Assembly: GCA_964199315.1 (NCBI GenBank)
Contig: OZ116698.1
Span: forward strand, 7,006,001-7,070,000
From: Orbicella franksi
Taxonomy: Eukaryota
Direction: 5' to 3'
Length of the DNA: 64,000 nucleotides
Made by a program: the position numbers and the translations under genes. Shown one piece after another: positions 37,342 to 49,420 of the stretch. The notes beneath the pieces were generated by a model. That model was given only the letters and a program-made list of their open reading frames with translations. It was not told the origin of the DNA and made no database searches. Positions within the stretch are counted from its first letter, which is position 1. Each line of letters begins with the position of its first letter.

Positions 37342-38061
37342 GGTTACTTCAAACCTTCGCGGGTGTACTCCAGAAAAAAATTCGTACGCGCGCTGTTTTC
37401 AAGGAAACCCCCACAAACTATATATCAACAGAAAGGTTATAGACTGTGGAATTCGATAAAATAATGTTTTGTTTTGGATTTGCTTTCCAAAGGCGGCAGA
37501 GGCCGTCAACTCCAAAATGACCGACTGACGTTCCAGCGAATTAATCGGGTATCAAATGCGATCGTTCATGCAAAATAACTGTGCAGTGTTTATCACAAAG
37601 CCTCAATCTCCAAAAACGTGTCAGCATTTTCTTTTATTTCTATTGGTTGTATTTTTATAGATCTGTCAAGTTCGACCATCGAAAAATTCGCGTAACCTGT
37701 TGCGTTAAAGGCCGCCACGAGGAAAGTATTTAAAATAAGGGAAATCGCCGACACGCTTTTGTTCCATATCTATCAGTGAATGTTCTGACCAAATTTCACG
37801 GAAAACCGTCAAATCTGCATACCCTATTAATTCATTTAAAGAGAAGGGATTCTCTCGAAAAACGAGTGCGAGTTTTCGCCTTCTAAAGATTTATAAACAC
37901 ATCACGCCTTCACAGAGGAATGTGTCAACTTGAAAAGCCGCGAGCCAATGAAATAACAGAACCCCTAGCGTTCACAGTATGCAAACTTGAGCTTCGCGGA
38001 TTTTAATTTTCTTGACCAAAAAATATCGACCAATGTAGTCCCGCGAAGGTTTGAAGTAACC
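37342..38061. mobile_element. Non-autonomous Kolobok-like element, 720 bp, perfect 22-bp TIRs
   Basis: TTAA|GGTTACTTCAAACCTTCGCGGG ... CCCGCGAAGGTTTGAAGTAACC|TTAA. Confidence 0.8.
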
Positions 38062-38460
38062 TTAATTTATCTTTTACCCTGATGGCTACATAGTTTACTT
38101 GTGAAAGATTATTTTTGCGTAATTACATGTGAAAGATTATTTTTGCCTATCTTACTAATACGTTGTAAGACAATGTACTCTATATAATTTATTTCCTTGC
38201 TAAGAAGGGATTTAACCTACTGAGCCAATGCCAATATGTAGAGGGAAGAGTTGTTACATTGTCTAGAACTTGTTCTAGTTGGGTGTAAGGACATTTTAGA
38301 GTTTGTTTTGACTGTTTAGGTGTAAGAGGTAGCTTTTTAGAAAACTCAGAATTTCAGAATAAAGTTGTAAAACCTGTATTCCTGAATAAATTCTCTCAAT
38401 GTGCGATTTAGTGTCAACAATTTATGTTTACAACTGACCGGCGCTAAGCGCGGGAAACTA

Positions 38461-38826
38461 GGGAGTTTATGAAACCACGACGGCGACGCCGAGCACAACG
38501 TCGATTAAAAAAATGGATTTATATTTTACCTACAAATTTCGCGATACTCTAAAGTCATTTACGTTGTTTATCACTGTCAAAACTATCGCAAAACTAAATC
38601 CGGAACACAGCGATAAATTTGAAATAAAAATTTAAGATATTGGCCGTCGTGGTCCACGTTCTCCAGACAACGCAAAATTTGGTCATTTCACGTTGTTGTC
38701 TTGCAAAGGACGGTAAAGAAATGTACCAAGGATTATAACGCACGTGCACAGCCACTGTTCTGCTCATTAATTCTTTTGTTCAGTGACGTTCCCGTTGCCG
38801 TTGCCGTCGTGGTTTCGTAAACTCCC
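38461..38826. mobile_element. MITE with TA TSD and 24-bp TIRs
   Basis: TA|GGGAGTTTATGAAACCACGACGGC ... GCCGTCGTGGTTTCGTAAACTCCC|TA (23/24 match). Confidence 0.85.
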
Positions 38827-39434
38827 TACTGTGTGCGAGCGGACGCAGTTGGTTCTGAGTTTACTTCTGATTGGCTGAAAAAGTAGTGCGAGAGTTTTTT
38901 TTAACCAATCAGTGTACAGCATGCAGCCCCTAAGGTTATATGTGAAACGCCTCACGAGCGGAAAGAGACAAGTTAGTGTCCACGATAAATTTTATGGAAG
39001 AAGACCCTCTTGACAGATAAAAACCGGCGTCGGAAGAGTGACTGTTAATCGGAATCTAAACTTCCGGTAGAAAGTTTCGAAACACTATCTCTGTTAATAT
39101 AAATGCGATATCGTTCACTCCGGTGGGTAACCGTACTGGACACTGCGTGATCTTCTATAATGAAGGGGTTAATCCTTGGGCCATGTCCTGGAAACAACAT
39201 GCTGTCAATTTGCGTAATGTTTTTCATGACGATTTACATTCCACAGTCATTGCTTATTCAAGAAGTTCCAAAGAAAAGTGGAGTAAGCCGATTGGTGAAA
39301 AGTGTACTCCATTGACAAAAGATCGAGACACGAAAACTCTTGCCTGAAGAATTCAAGCAATAAATACTCCATCAATAATTTTGCATAGCCTGGATTCATT
39401 CAATCTCGTAGCTTAAGGTACCGTTTAATAACAA

Positions 39435-40523
39435 ATGATGGAATACTTCTTTCAGACTATCTTGTTAGGATGCATAGTAGCAGCGCTTGGTAATTCAAAC
39501 CCGGCGCTTTCGTCAACACAAAGTGAAAACAATGCGAAGAAAGTTTCACCTTATAATTTCAATAACAATTACTTCATCGCAGGTTCAAACTCCAAGAAAA
39601 TCGAAAATATGTTTGCTGAAGTGAACCAGCAGCTGACCGAACTCAGAGAAGAAATAAACGCAATGAAAGGTTTGTAATGGAACTTTGTAAAACTTTGTCA
39701 ACTTTCAAGCGTGCTCAACAGAAAACGAGGTACTTAAATTTGTTGTTTGTCTACAGCTTACAAGGACTGTGCCAAAGTTTACAAGTCCGGTCACAAGATC
39801 AGTGGAGTGTACAAAATCGATCCTGATGGTTTTGGTGGATTTAAAGTCTTCTGTGATCACAAAACAGCGGGTGGGGGATGGACAGTGTTTCAGAAGAGAT
39901 TTGACGGTTCTGTGGATTTCTACCTCGCGTGGGATGATTACAAACGGAGCTTCGGCAATCTGAACGGCGAGTTTTGGCTCGGACTGGACAAGATTCACCG
40001 CCTGACCGTGAGCAGCAGTAACAAGCTTCGTGTTGACTTGGAAGACAGGAATGGGAAAGCATTATTTGCAGAGTACAGTTCATTTTTTGTAGCGAGAGAA
40101 AGTGGAAAATACCAGATGAGTGTGGGGAAATATTCAGGTGAGCTTTTCTGTTGAATTGGCTAACTTTCTGAATGAAAACTGCTAGGCAAAACGCAATTAC
40201 ATCACAGCTACCGGTATATGTTGCGCGCGGGCTGATGTGGGTGCCATTACATGCTGTGTTCGTGCCCACCTTCATTCATCTCTGTTATTGATTCAGGTAC
40301 TGCTGGCGATGGCCTCACCTATCATAGTGGCTCAGCATTTTCTACCAAAGATCGCGATAATGACAAGTCGTCCCACAACTGTGTCTCTCAGCGGCAAGGA
40401 GCCTGGTGGCACAACAATTGCGATCATTCAAACCTCAATGCTGTGTACTCCAGTAAATTCATTTATTGGCACAGTTACGTCGTTAAGAGCTCTGGAATGA
40501 AGATTCGTCCTAAGGAATTCTAA
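39435..40523 (+). CDS. Secreted fibrinogen-related domain (FReD) protein, ficolin/tachylectin-5/angiopoietin-like, 3 exons, ~280 aa
   Basis: Exons 39435-39669, 39757-40137, 40297-40523 (phase 1/1, GT-AG). Signal peptide, short coiled coil, then YKDC...SGVYKIDPDG...FCD...GGGWTVFQKRFDGSVDF...WDDYK..FGNLNGEFWLGLDKIH...FSTKDRDND...GAWW..C..SNLN...MKIRP. Confidence 0.92.
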
Positions 40524-41377
40524 GTTTCAGTGTCGGGACTATTTTTCATGCAGCACTTAAATTAACTTCCTTGTAGAATGTTCGTTACTTTACAGAGGCT
40601 TTAAACGCTTTGTTTCAAAATTGGCGTAAGACTGAAGATTTAATTTTAAAAAACATAAACATACGTTTATACGATGTATTAACGCAGTTTAAGTGTCGCT
40701 GTATGGCTGACTCGGTCAATAAAAAATAAAACAATTATGTGAGTAGTAACTTATGCGTGGCGGCACTGCATTTCATGGAGAAACTTGCTTCAATTTTTTT
40801 TCGGCACGGGGGAGTGGGGAGAAACTGAGAAGATAATATTTTTGGCTAACGTTAGAGGACGATTCATACCTGGTCTGATTTGCCAGGTAGATCGCTCCGA
40901 TAGCTACGATTGAGGCGATCGTTGCAATTGAGGATAAATATCGTCGCATGTAGTGTATTGAAGTGTAATCCAGATCATTTCAGACATTTTTTTAATATTA
41001 GTCCTAGCTATTGTGACCATCATATAGAAACTGGTAGTGGTCAGGATCACTCGACTTTCTTAGTGTTGATGGTAGAGATTGTAACCTTCAACTCATCCTT
41101 TCTTTACTCGTCTTGTCTCGGGTGGAGCCTTTCTGCAGGAGCAAAACAAAGCGCTGATATTCGGCAACTTAGACAGGCCGAAAGAAAAGTCTCCTTACCA
41201 AGACAATTCTTTAAATGAACACATTCACTTTCCCGAGAATGACTCAGATATTTATCAAAATGTCTCATTGTCAGCTGCAAAAATATATACAATCACGTTC
41301 ATAAGTTTTATCGTGGGACGTCAATTGACCCCAGTCAAGAGAGGATATCGTAGGAGAATATCGTAATTACGTCTTCA

Positions 41378-41464
41378 CGAACTAACGAACGAACGAACAC
41401 GTGAACGAACGAACGAACGAACACGAGAACGAACAAGCGAACGAACGAACGAGCGCGTGAACGT
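41378..41464. repeat. Degenerate (GAAC)n microsatellite
   Basis: gaacgaacgaacacgtgaacgaacgaacgaacgaacacgagaacg... Confidence 0.9.
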
Positions 41465-41867
41465 ACCTAAGTACGTCCGTAAAGAACGTTTCTTTTCACT
41501 CAAGGGGTTTTAACTATACAAGAAATACACATAGGTGCTTTGTTGTTAACGAGTGCGTGGAAGCAATACAACAGAACAAGCGGCATCTTCTTATTTCTCT
41601 AGAATGGCTCAACAACGGGTAGGGCTTCAGCTAACCGAGACATGGATCCGCTGTGGAAAATGGTGAATTTCCGTGTGAGTCGTCCAATGGTCAAAGGAGT
41701 TGTTCGGGTGCAAAGAAATGACCTGGTTGAAACTTGAAACGGTATTTGGTGCCGGATGATATGAAAGCGATGGGTTAGGCTGTCTCTGAAAATGAAAGTC
41801 AACTAAATAAGTTTATCAGTTTAACAAATTGAATCGACTTGTCTTTCCTTTTTACGTATGCTTATAT

Positions 41868-42124
41868 TAAGCAATTAGATTATGAGCTCGAGATTTCTAT
41901 CACGCATGGAGATCGAGAGGGAATAATCTACTTGTTTTAGTATAAATCTTCATGAATTTATCTAAATCCCCTTCACAAACACTTCGAAAACGCCTAGAAA
42001 CGGCTGTCATTTTGTAAACAAACGCATACTGCCACCCACTGCCACGCTACTCAGAATAGATGGTGAGTAGCTTAGCCAATCAGAGAACGGCATTCGTGAT
42101 AGAACGCTAGTAGATTTATACTAA
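41868..42124 (-). repeat. Interspersed repeat, inverted copy of 35408-35640
   Basis: Shared blocks attagatta, ctcgagatttctat, ttcgaa, gtgagtagc and the terminal tagatttatactaa. Confidence 0.7.
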
Positions 42125-43110
42125 AAAAGAATGTTCCATGGAGTCCTCCAGACTCAAGCCATACATTTTGAATTTTTCGATCGATCTCAACTGGCAAGTT
42201 GTTTATCGGTCTGTTCGTCAGAATCGCCGTACATCGCTTTCAGTTGGCTTCCATTCCCTATTGGTCAAGTGTATTCTCAAGTGTGGTGTAGACCATGCTT
42301 GGCGGCGCACTTCGGCTTCTTTGAACTACGAGAGTTTCCTTGGTTACTAAGTAAGTACATTCCCAGGAGTACATTTTACCCCTTCACACTCAAAGTAGGT
42401 TACAAGCGTACTTAGATTATACTCACAAGCCCTAGTGTGAAGCCACCAAAACCACATCCCCTTTAACTGGAAAAAGGTTTTTTCGTATATATATTTGAAT
42501 GATTTACACTTTAGGCACTCCTTGCACCTTCACAATTTTACCAGTTTCCACCGATGCATATGGTTGCTTCTTGAGGTCACGGTCGCGCATAATTTAACGA
42601 TCAGAAGTAGGAAATCGGTCTGTTTGAGAAACCATTAGGGATTAAGCTACCGCAAGACAATGGTGGAAATTAGAAAAAATCACAAAATGTTCTCCAGTAA
42701 AATAAATCCTTAATTGTTTCGAGTAAAACAGACCGATTACTTTTTAATAATACGGCAACCGTAATTACAGAGAATCTGACGTCTTTTCATTATAGCGGAG
42801 CACCATACCCATATTGCAAAGGAAACCTATGCATTGATGTTATCATTGTTACCATGGCTAGCGGTGTTGCTCTTGGGCACGTGCGCAGGACGACGACGAC
42901 GACAACGGCGGCGGAGTCGCGCAAGATGATCCATGTTCTGGTCAATTGACACCTGTCAAGACAAAATTCCGCTGACCAGTACCACGTGACCATATCGCGG
43001 GCTCAGGGTTAGAACTCATCGAGGTCACGTGCTTTTTAAGTTGACCGCTGACCAAGTGCTGGTTTACGATTGTATCGCAGGCTCATGTCAGGTTAACTTG
43101 TTGCTAACAG

Positions 43111-43339
43111 GGCTGGGTTGTTCGGAAGCCGGTTAACGCTAACCCGGATTAAAAGTTAACCGAATTATATTTTTTTCTTCTATACAAATGTTTTTTAATT
43201 TGTGCATTTTGAGATTATTCAGACTCAAAACAGAAGGCCAAACATAATATGCAGAAAACCTCACCGCGAAGTTAAAAAACTCAAATCAAAATTCTATCTT
43301 TTCATGGGTTAGCTTAATCGGGCTTTGAAAAACCCGGCC
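43111..43339. mobile_element. Harbinger-like MITE with CAG TSD
   Basis: CAG|ggctgggttgttcggaagccggttaacgctaacc ... ggttagcttaatcgggctttgaaaaacccggcc|CAG; imperfect ~35-bp TIRs. Confidence 0.7.
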
Positions 43340-43683
43340 CAGGAGCTACACTTTTAGGCTGGCCTAAATCATATATATTAGAGGGTTGCTAATGCTTAAG
43401 TGAACTCACGCTGTGATTAAATATTTTAATTCTCTTTAATTAAACTCTTTCGACACTTTTTGCCGAAGTTCTACGTAAAATAGTTTCTTTCTTTCGCAAA
43501 CGAGCCACGAAGACGTGCTAAACCAGGGTTTGCAACATCACATTCAATTTCTTTGGTTAAAAACTTAAGCTTTGTGGAAGTTTCAGTTGATTTTTCTTTG
43601 TGCTTTGGTTACTGCTGCTTCTCCATAAGTAGGTTTATGTTTGCCTGAAACGGCAAACCTAGAAGGTTTATCTGGGACGTGTT

Positions 43684-44370
43684 CTCAAGCAGTTTAAGGC
43701 CTGGGTCAGGAATGTAAAGTAGAATTATGGTTGGGCAGCTATATCTCTTGTTACATTTGTTTTACCAAGCTGAACGTTTCCCTGATTATAAAACTCGACG
43801 TCGTGCCTTGCCTTAACATATTATTTTGACCACGTGACATGTCACGTGATCATTTTGTTAAAATTTGGTAAATCGGCGAATTGGTGGCGAATTTTCATTC
43901 TATTGAACAATAAATGAGCGTTTGCGATGCAAATCTAAATTATCTTCCTTGCTACGTTTGGAATGATCTCCCTTGATTTCGTTTATAGAAGATATAAATG
44001 ATCAAAACTCGAATTTTGTTGAAAAAAAGGACCTTTCACCCTATAAAATTTTTCTGTGAAAAGTGCGACAGTCATGCATTCCAAACGTGAGAGAATGGAA
44101 GTAATTGACCTGCATCTAAAACGCGTTTTTGCAGGATGTTATTACTAAAAACCACCACCAATTCCTCAAATAATGGCTATTTTCCGCTAAACGTCACGTG
44201 ACATGTCACGTGACCTGTCAGAAGTACCAATTCTACTTTAAAATGTTCAGGACGTCAAAACCTAACTGTGTGCTAAATCTGGTTCCATTGGCATTTATAC
44301 CTTCAGAAATATAACTGATAAATTATTTTTACCAGTAAAAGCCTTTGACCCAGGCCTTAAACTACTTGAG
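43684..44370. mobile_element. Non-autonomous TIR element with internal double E-box palindromes
   Basis: TIR ctcaagcagtttaaggcctgggtca / tgacccaggccttaaactacttgag (24/25). It contains TTAA followed by GG, so the true ends may be the inner TTAA. Palindromes at 43831-43848 and 44193-44214. Confidence 0.7.
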
Positions 44371-45294
44371 TTTCGCTTTCATTACGTAGAGCGCGCTGGC
44401 TACAATGCTCAAATGTGACCGAAACAATTCGAATTTAACTGTTCAGTTATTGGTAGAATCGCATAGCTTAGAGAATTCTCGCACCCTGATTGGTTACCTA
44501 GGTGAGGTATTCAGCGTGGACTCGCGACTTTTGAAAGCGAGGCTTTGCGTGATATTTCACTTTAGCGACAACAAAACAACAAGTGAAAAACAATCCACCG
44601 TAGGAAAAAAAATGGCACATGTACATTTTACCACAATACCTTGCGAACCAAACACAGCCTACGAGGCACAAAGAAAGCCAAATTTTCACAATATTTGTCA
44701 ATGTACTAAGGACATTGTGTAGCCTAGGTTTGAAGATTTTGTAACTCTTCTGTACGTTTTTATGAATGCTAGCGCTGTTAAGGTTTTGTCCGCCAAGAAC
44801 TGTGGGTAAATGTACCAGTCGCCATCTTTTTTCCTACTGAGGATTAGAAAAACTGACCTTTAAAACCATTTTCGCCGTCCACGAAGCCAAAAACAAACAC
44901 AAGTCTATTTGAAAGTGGAATTCAAGTTTCTCCCTGTCTTGACCTAAAATACAACTTTCTGGAGAGATATGGTTTCCCTCCAACGCGCGTTGAATACTGC
45001 AACATTCGCACAGACGCAAATGAAACGGGGTTTTCTTTCATTTAAAAAGAAGGCCATGCGATTCATGAAAAATTCATAACCTGACTCGTGAATTCCACGT
45101 TAAATTTCATTTGAAAAACCGATATCGCGCGCATCGTGCGATATTGGTTTTTCGCGTGAAATTTAACGTGGAATTCCCTGGTCAGGTAATGAATTTTTCT
45201 ATAGAATTCCCTCTTCAGGTAATGAATTTTCCTAAAGAGTTTAATTTTCCTATAGAATTCCCTAGTCAGGTAATGAATCTTCCTATCTCGGCTG

Positions 45295-45600
45295 TAGAAT
45301 TTGGAATAAATTGATCCGCTTCGAACCAATCAGAACCAAGTTTAAAGCTAGCAGTATAATTGACCATTTTACGTATTATCTTTTCAAGACTATAATTAAG
45401 GCTCTCTGGTGTAAAACCCTATACCCAGTTTTATTTGCATTTTAAAGTTCTTCAAATCTATAGAATCAATAGAATTTGGAATAAATCGATCCACTTCAAA
45501 CCAATCAGAACCAGGTTTAAAGGTAGCAGTACAATTAACGATTTTACACGTAATCTTTTGATGACCATAAAGCTCACTTAGTTTAACCTAGTTTTATTTG
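45295..45600. repeat. 175-bp-period direct duplication upstream of GPCR ATG
   Basis: tagaatttggaataaat(t/c)gatcc(g/a)cttc(g/a)aaccaatcagaacc(a)agttt... at 45295 and 45470; each copy carries a CCAAT box. Confidence 0.75.
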
Positions 45601-45694
45601 TAGCTCAATGCCAGTTTTCGAATCTACAATCACTGCTAATTATTGATGGGCCAGTAACTTATATTATCCTTCGAACGCAGTTCACAGTTTAATC

Positions 45695-48600
45695 ATGAAC
45701 AACATTGACCCAGGAGACGCTAGTGTCGATGTGCTGGCTCTGTTGCAAGAGCAACTCGAGGCTAGAAGCAAACCAACTGTTTTGATCGAGTCCACCGTTC
45801 TCCTAATCATCAATGTGGCCTCGCTGGTGGGGAATGCTATGCTGTGCTGTATCGTTTACCGCAATCACAGACTTCATAGTCCCACAACCATGCTAATTTT
45901 TGCGCTGGCCTTCACGGACCTGTTAACTGCGGTGACCGTGATGTCGCTAACAGTTGACGCTGCTATCTACAGCAAAAGGCGTTTCAGCGACGCCGTCTGT
46001 AAAGCGCACGCTTTCGCTACGGCCGTCCTGGCTCAGGTCTCCATTTTCATCATGGCTTTTACGGCTTTCAATCGTTACGTGTGTGTTAAGAAGCAAACCC
46101 TCTACAGGAAGATCTTCACTAAAAAGAAAACGCTCCTGCTGATCTCAGCTATCTGGGCCATAGCGCTGATCACCAACGGCATCCCCAATATCCTGTCCTT
46201 GGATGACTTCTTCTTCTGCCCGGGATATCTACTGTGCTGGAGGCGAATGATGGCTCCAGCCGCTATTGTCTCGTTCAACGCCTGGCTTTATGGCTCCTTC
46301 GTCCTCTCCTACGCAGTGATCGTGGTCTGCTACTGGAAGGTGTTCCGCACCGTGAAGCGACACAACGCAGCCGTTGCCCCGATTCTGAGCCAAACCAGTC
46401 GAGCTGGCAACTATTCTGAGGAAGCATCGGTGGCCAGGTCAGTAGCAGCCATCATCTTTGCATTCACCATCTGCTGGATCCTGTCAGAAGTGATGGACAC
46501 GATGGACAAGATTAATCCACTTCTTCTGCCTCGTCAGGTAAGCAGACAAGCATTTCTCCACTACCCCAAGGATTCGAACTTTCCATTTAACTTGTAACAA
46601 GCGTATTCGTTTGTTTAATTTAGTTTAAAGCTGCTTTTTCTAATTTTGGTAAGTAAGAAGCAAGTAACAAACTGTCCGGAAAAAAAAAAAAAAAAAAAAA
46701 AAAAAAACATAAAAAAAACTTTTCGTTGACAGGAGACCCCAAACAGTTAACTTTCGCGCTACATACTAACAAAGTTATTCAAAATGTGAAAAGAAAAATG
46801 CAGGACAGTGCATGCAGGAAGAAGAATATATGTTCAATACGTTTCCTTATCTTTATTATAATTCAATGCCAAGAAATCAGATACAGAAATATTAAAAAAA
46901 AAGCCACCAGGATAATTTATCAAGTTTTTTTGTGAAATTGAATATTTCAGGAACCCAGCTAATAGATAGGCAGCAAATATCACGAAGAAGAAAATAGAAG
47001 TTTGTTCCTATAAGGTTTTTTAACATTTCAGTGTTTCCTCGCTGCATGCGATAATGTTACTTTGATATCAATATTTCAATCTTTCCAGGAAGTATTCAAT
47101 AATTTCCAAACGTTTCCTGTAGTACAAGGACCGCGTTTTTGCACCTTTGTCGCGCTTTTCCAGTCCGTTTGTGGTGCTCTTTGCCCGCTTCATGCAAGAA
47201 TGGAAACTTACAATGAAATGGTGACAGTAGGACTGTTGTAGGGTTTCATTAATTAAACGTGCCTTAAATGTAAAATGTCGCATTTTTTTCGCATCGTATC
47301 CGACAGATGTAGGTAATTCGTGTCGCAGACTTGTCGTAAGATTGCAAATTGTTCAGTAGGCGACGAGATTGCATATTGTCTAAATCGCTTCGTCTTTAAT
47401 GAGAGCATCATTTTGTAAGGCACAGTTTTCCCCGACTGATGTATCTTGATTTTTGCCTGGCAAGTTTCGGTCCAATACATTATTTGTTAGGATGTGAATT
47501 TTTCCCAATATAAACGAAAAAGTTTTACAACCACAGGCATTTATGACAAAAATTAGTAAAAGCATAGTTTGGGAGGGTCAGCCCGGGGATACGATCAATC
47601 GTATAGACCGTGCATCTCCAGTGCTCGCGAAAGAAAAAAATATCCACTATGCCATCGAAAGAGATGTATTCCAAGAAGCCCTACACTCGGTATACATTAG
47701 CATTCATCTACGAGCGAAACACGTGTTTATTTGAACCTTTAACCTTGTGGAGGCGAAAAGCAAAGCAAAACGCAAAATGTTTCAATAGACGGATTGCATC
47801 GACTAAAAGAAGCACAGTTACGTTTGATGATGAAAGCATAAATCTTGATAGGAGATTTTCGACATGGTTTTGCGCGCGTGCTCTCAAGGGCGCATTAAAT
47901 CTCCACGTGTGGTTATATAATCATTTTACCCGGTCAGTGGTTAATTTATGTGACAGGGAATTTATCTGTGCTCATCTCATAGACAGCGATGTCTATACTT
48001 GAGATACGAGGAACAAAAGACCGCATCGTATTCGTTAACGAGTAACGACCATGAAGGTGGCGACCTATTGAGCCGCAAAGAACAAACTAAGCCACCAGGA
48101 TAATTACTTTTGAAATATCAAGTCGATTCCTTTTGCCTGTTTTAGTTCTTGTTTTTCAGTTTCAAAGCAATGACGGTAAACCTTTAATCAGAGCTGTCAT
48201 TTTGATGTAAACGCAAAGTGATTCATTTTCAAATTCAAAGCGTTACTTTGATGTTATAATTTCCAGTTTTTACAATAGATCAGTTCTGATGAATGAATGA
48301 ATGAATGAAAGACTTTATTTAAGTGTCACAAGTATTTAGCTTTAAAGAAAACTATAATGATAATGTAATGAAACGATCACTACTCAGTTAATAGTAGGTT
48401 CAAATCCCAATTATGTTAATTTTGACCAAGTCTTTTACATCCTTACACGATATTTAGTAAGAAAAGGGTATGACAATCAGGCTTTGTTGTGAGTGAAGTT
48501 TAGATGCAGATCTCACTGGAAGACCCCATAATCAAAAGCAACCCATGTGTTTCCAGTTTTTTCCCTTTTTTTTTCAACTTGAAAATTTGGCAGTGAAACA

Positions 48601-49420
48601 TCTTGTGCTATAATCTGCCAGTTACAAGCTACTTGGAATCCTTTCAAGTTCTTGAAAACAAGGCGCCCCCCGCCCCCCTCGCTCCCAAGACCTGCTGCCG
48701 ATCAGTTGAAGGCTCTAATACTAAGCAACAAGAGGCAGCCAGGCCCAAATATTACAAACTTCTCGCATATTGCTGCTAGTTTTATAGTCTGGTTGTTGAA
48801 CTGAGAACGTAAGTTGGGAAACAAATAGTAGCCTCCAAAATTTACATGTAAAAGTTGATAGTCTTTTTTTTTTATATGGCTCAACACATTAATTTCAAAT
48901 GTATTTAAATTCTACACTTTTCAAAAGAAAATATCTAATTTCGTATTCAACGCATCGTTTTTATCTTATTTGCAAAGGGTACTGATAACACATCCGATGT
49001 AAATTTACCCGTATCAGCAATAACTTCGCTGGAATGAATTTAGTTTCTGGTAAATTTTTATTTACCATTACTGGATCGGCTTAAGGCAACCCATGACTTT
49101 CTCTTCACTCAGCCACGTTTAGCGATCTAGCTACCTTGAAAAATCGTTAAATACACTGAATTGCTCCCGTAAATCAATTTACAAGTCAGGCCGTTAAAGC
49201 TAACATGAAGTTTCTTTCATCGTTCCAGGTCTTCATATTTGCTACCTGCCTGTGGTACTTAAGCAGTACTATCAACCCAGTCATTTATGGTGTCATGAAT
49301 AATAACTTCCGAAAAGAGTACAAGAAATTGTTTGCTGCCATAGCGCGCGTCAGCTCTGTTGGGCCCTCTACTGATAACACACCCGCAAACGGCCATAGCT
49401 CCACAAATGAAAGCAAATAA
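45695..49420 (+). CDS. Class A (rhodopsin-like) GPCR, melatonin-receptor-like cnidarian type, 2 exons, ~344 aa
   Basis: Exon 45695-46537 (TM1-6: LVGN, LAFTDLL, AFNRYVCV, IWAI, VVCYWKVF, FTICW) is spliced in phase 0 (CAG|gtaagc ... ttccag|GTC) to 49229-49420 (TM7 SSTINPVIY, helix 8 NNNFRKEY). NRY replaces DRY, as in melatonin receptors; the ligand is unknown. Confidence 0.9.

Noticed and set aside
47610-48002. 130-aa ORF in the GPCR intron
   Set aside because: Non-ATG start, no homology that I recognise, composition not coding-like.
45695-49420. Calling the GPCR a true melatonin receptor (MTNR1)
   Set aside because: NRY alone is insufficient; cnidarian receptors of this type form expanded lineage-specific families, so no gene symbol is given.
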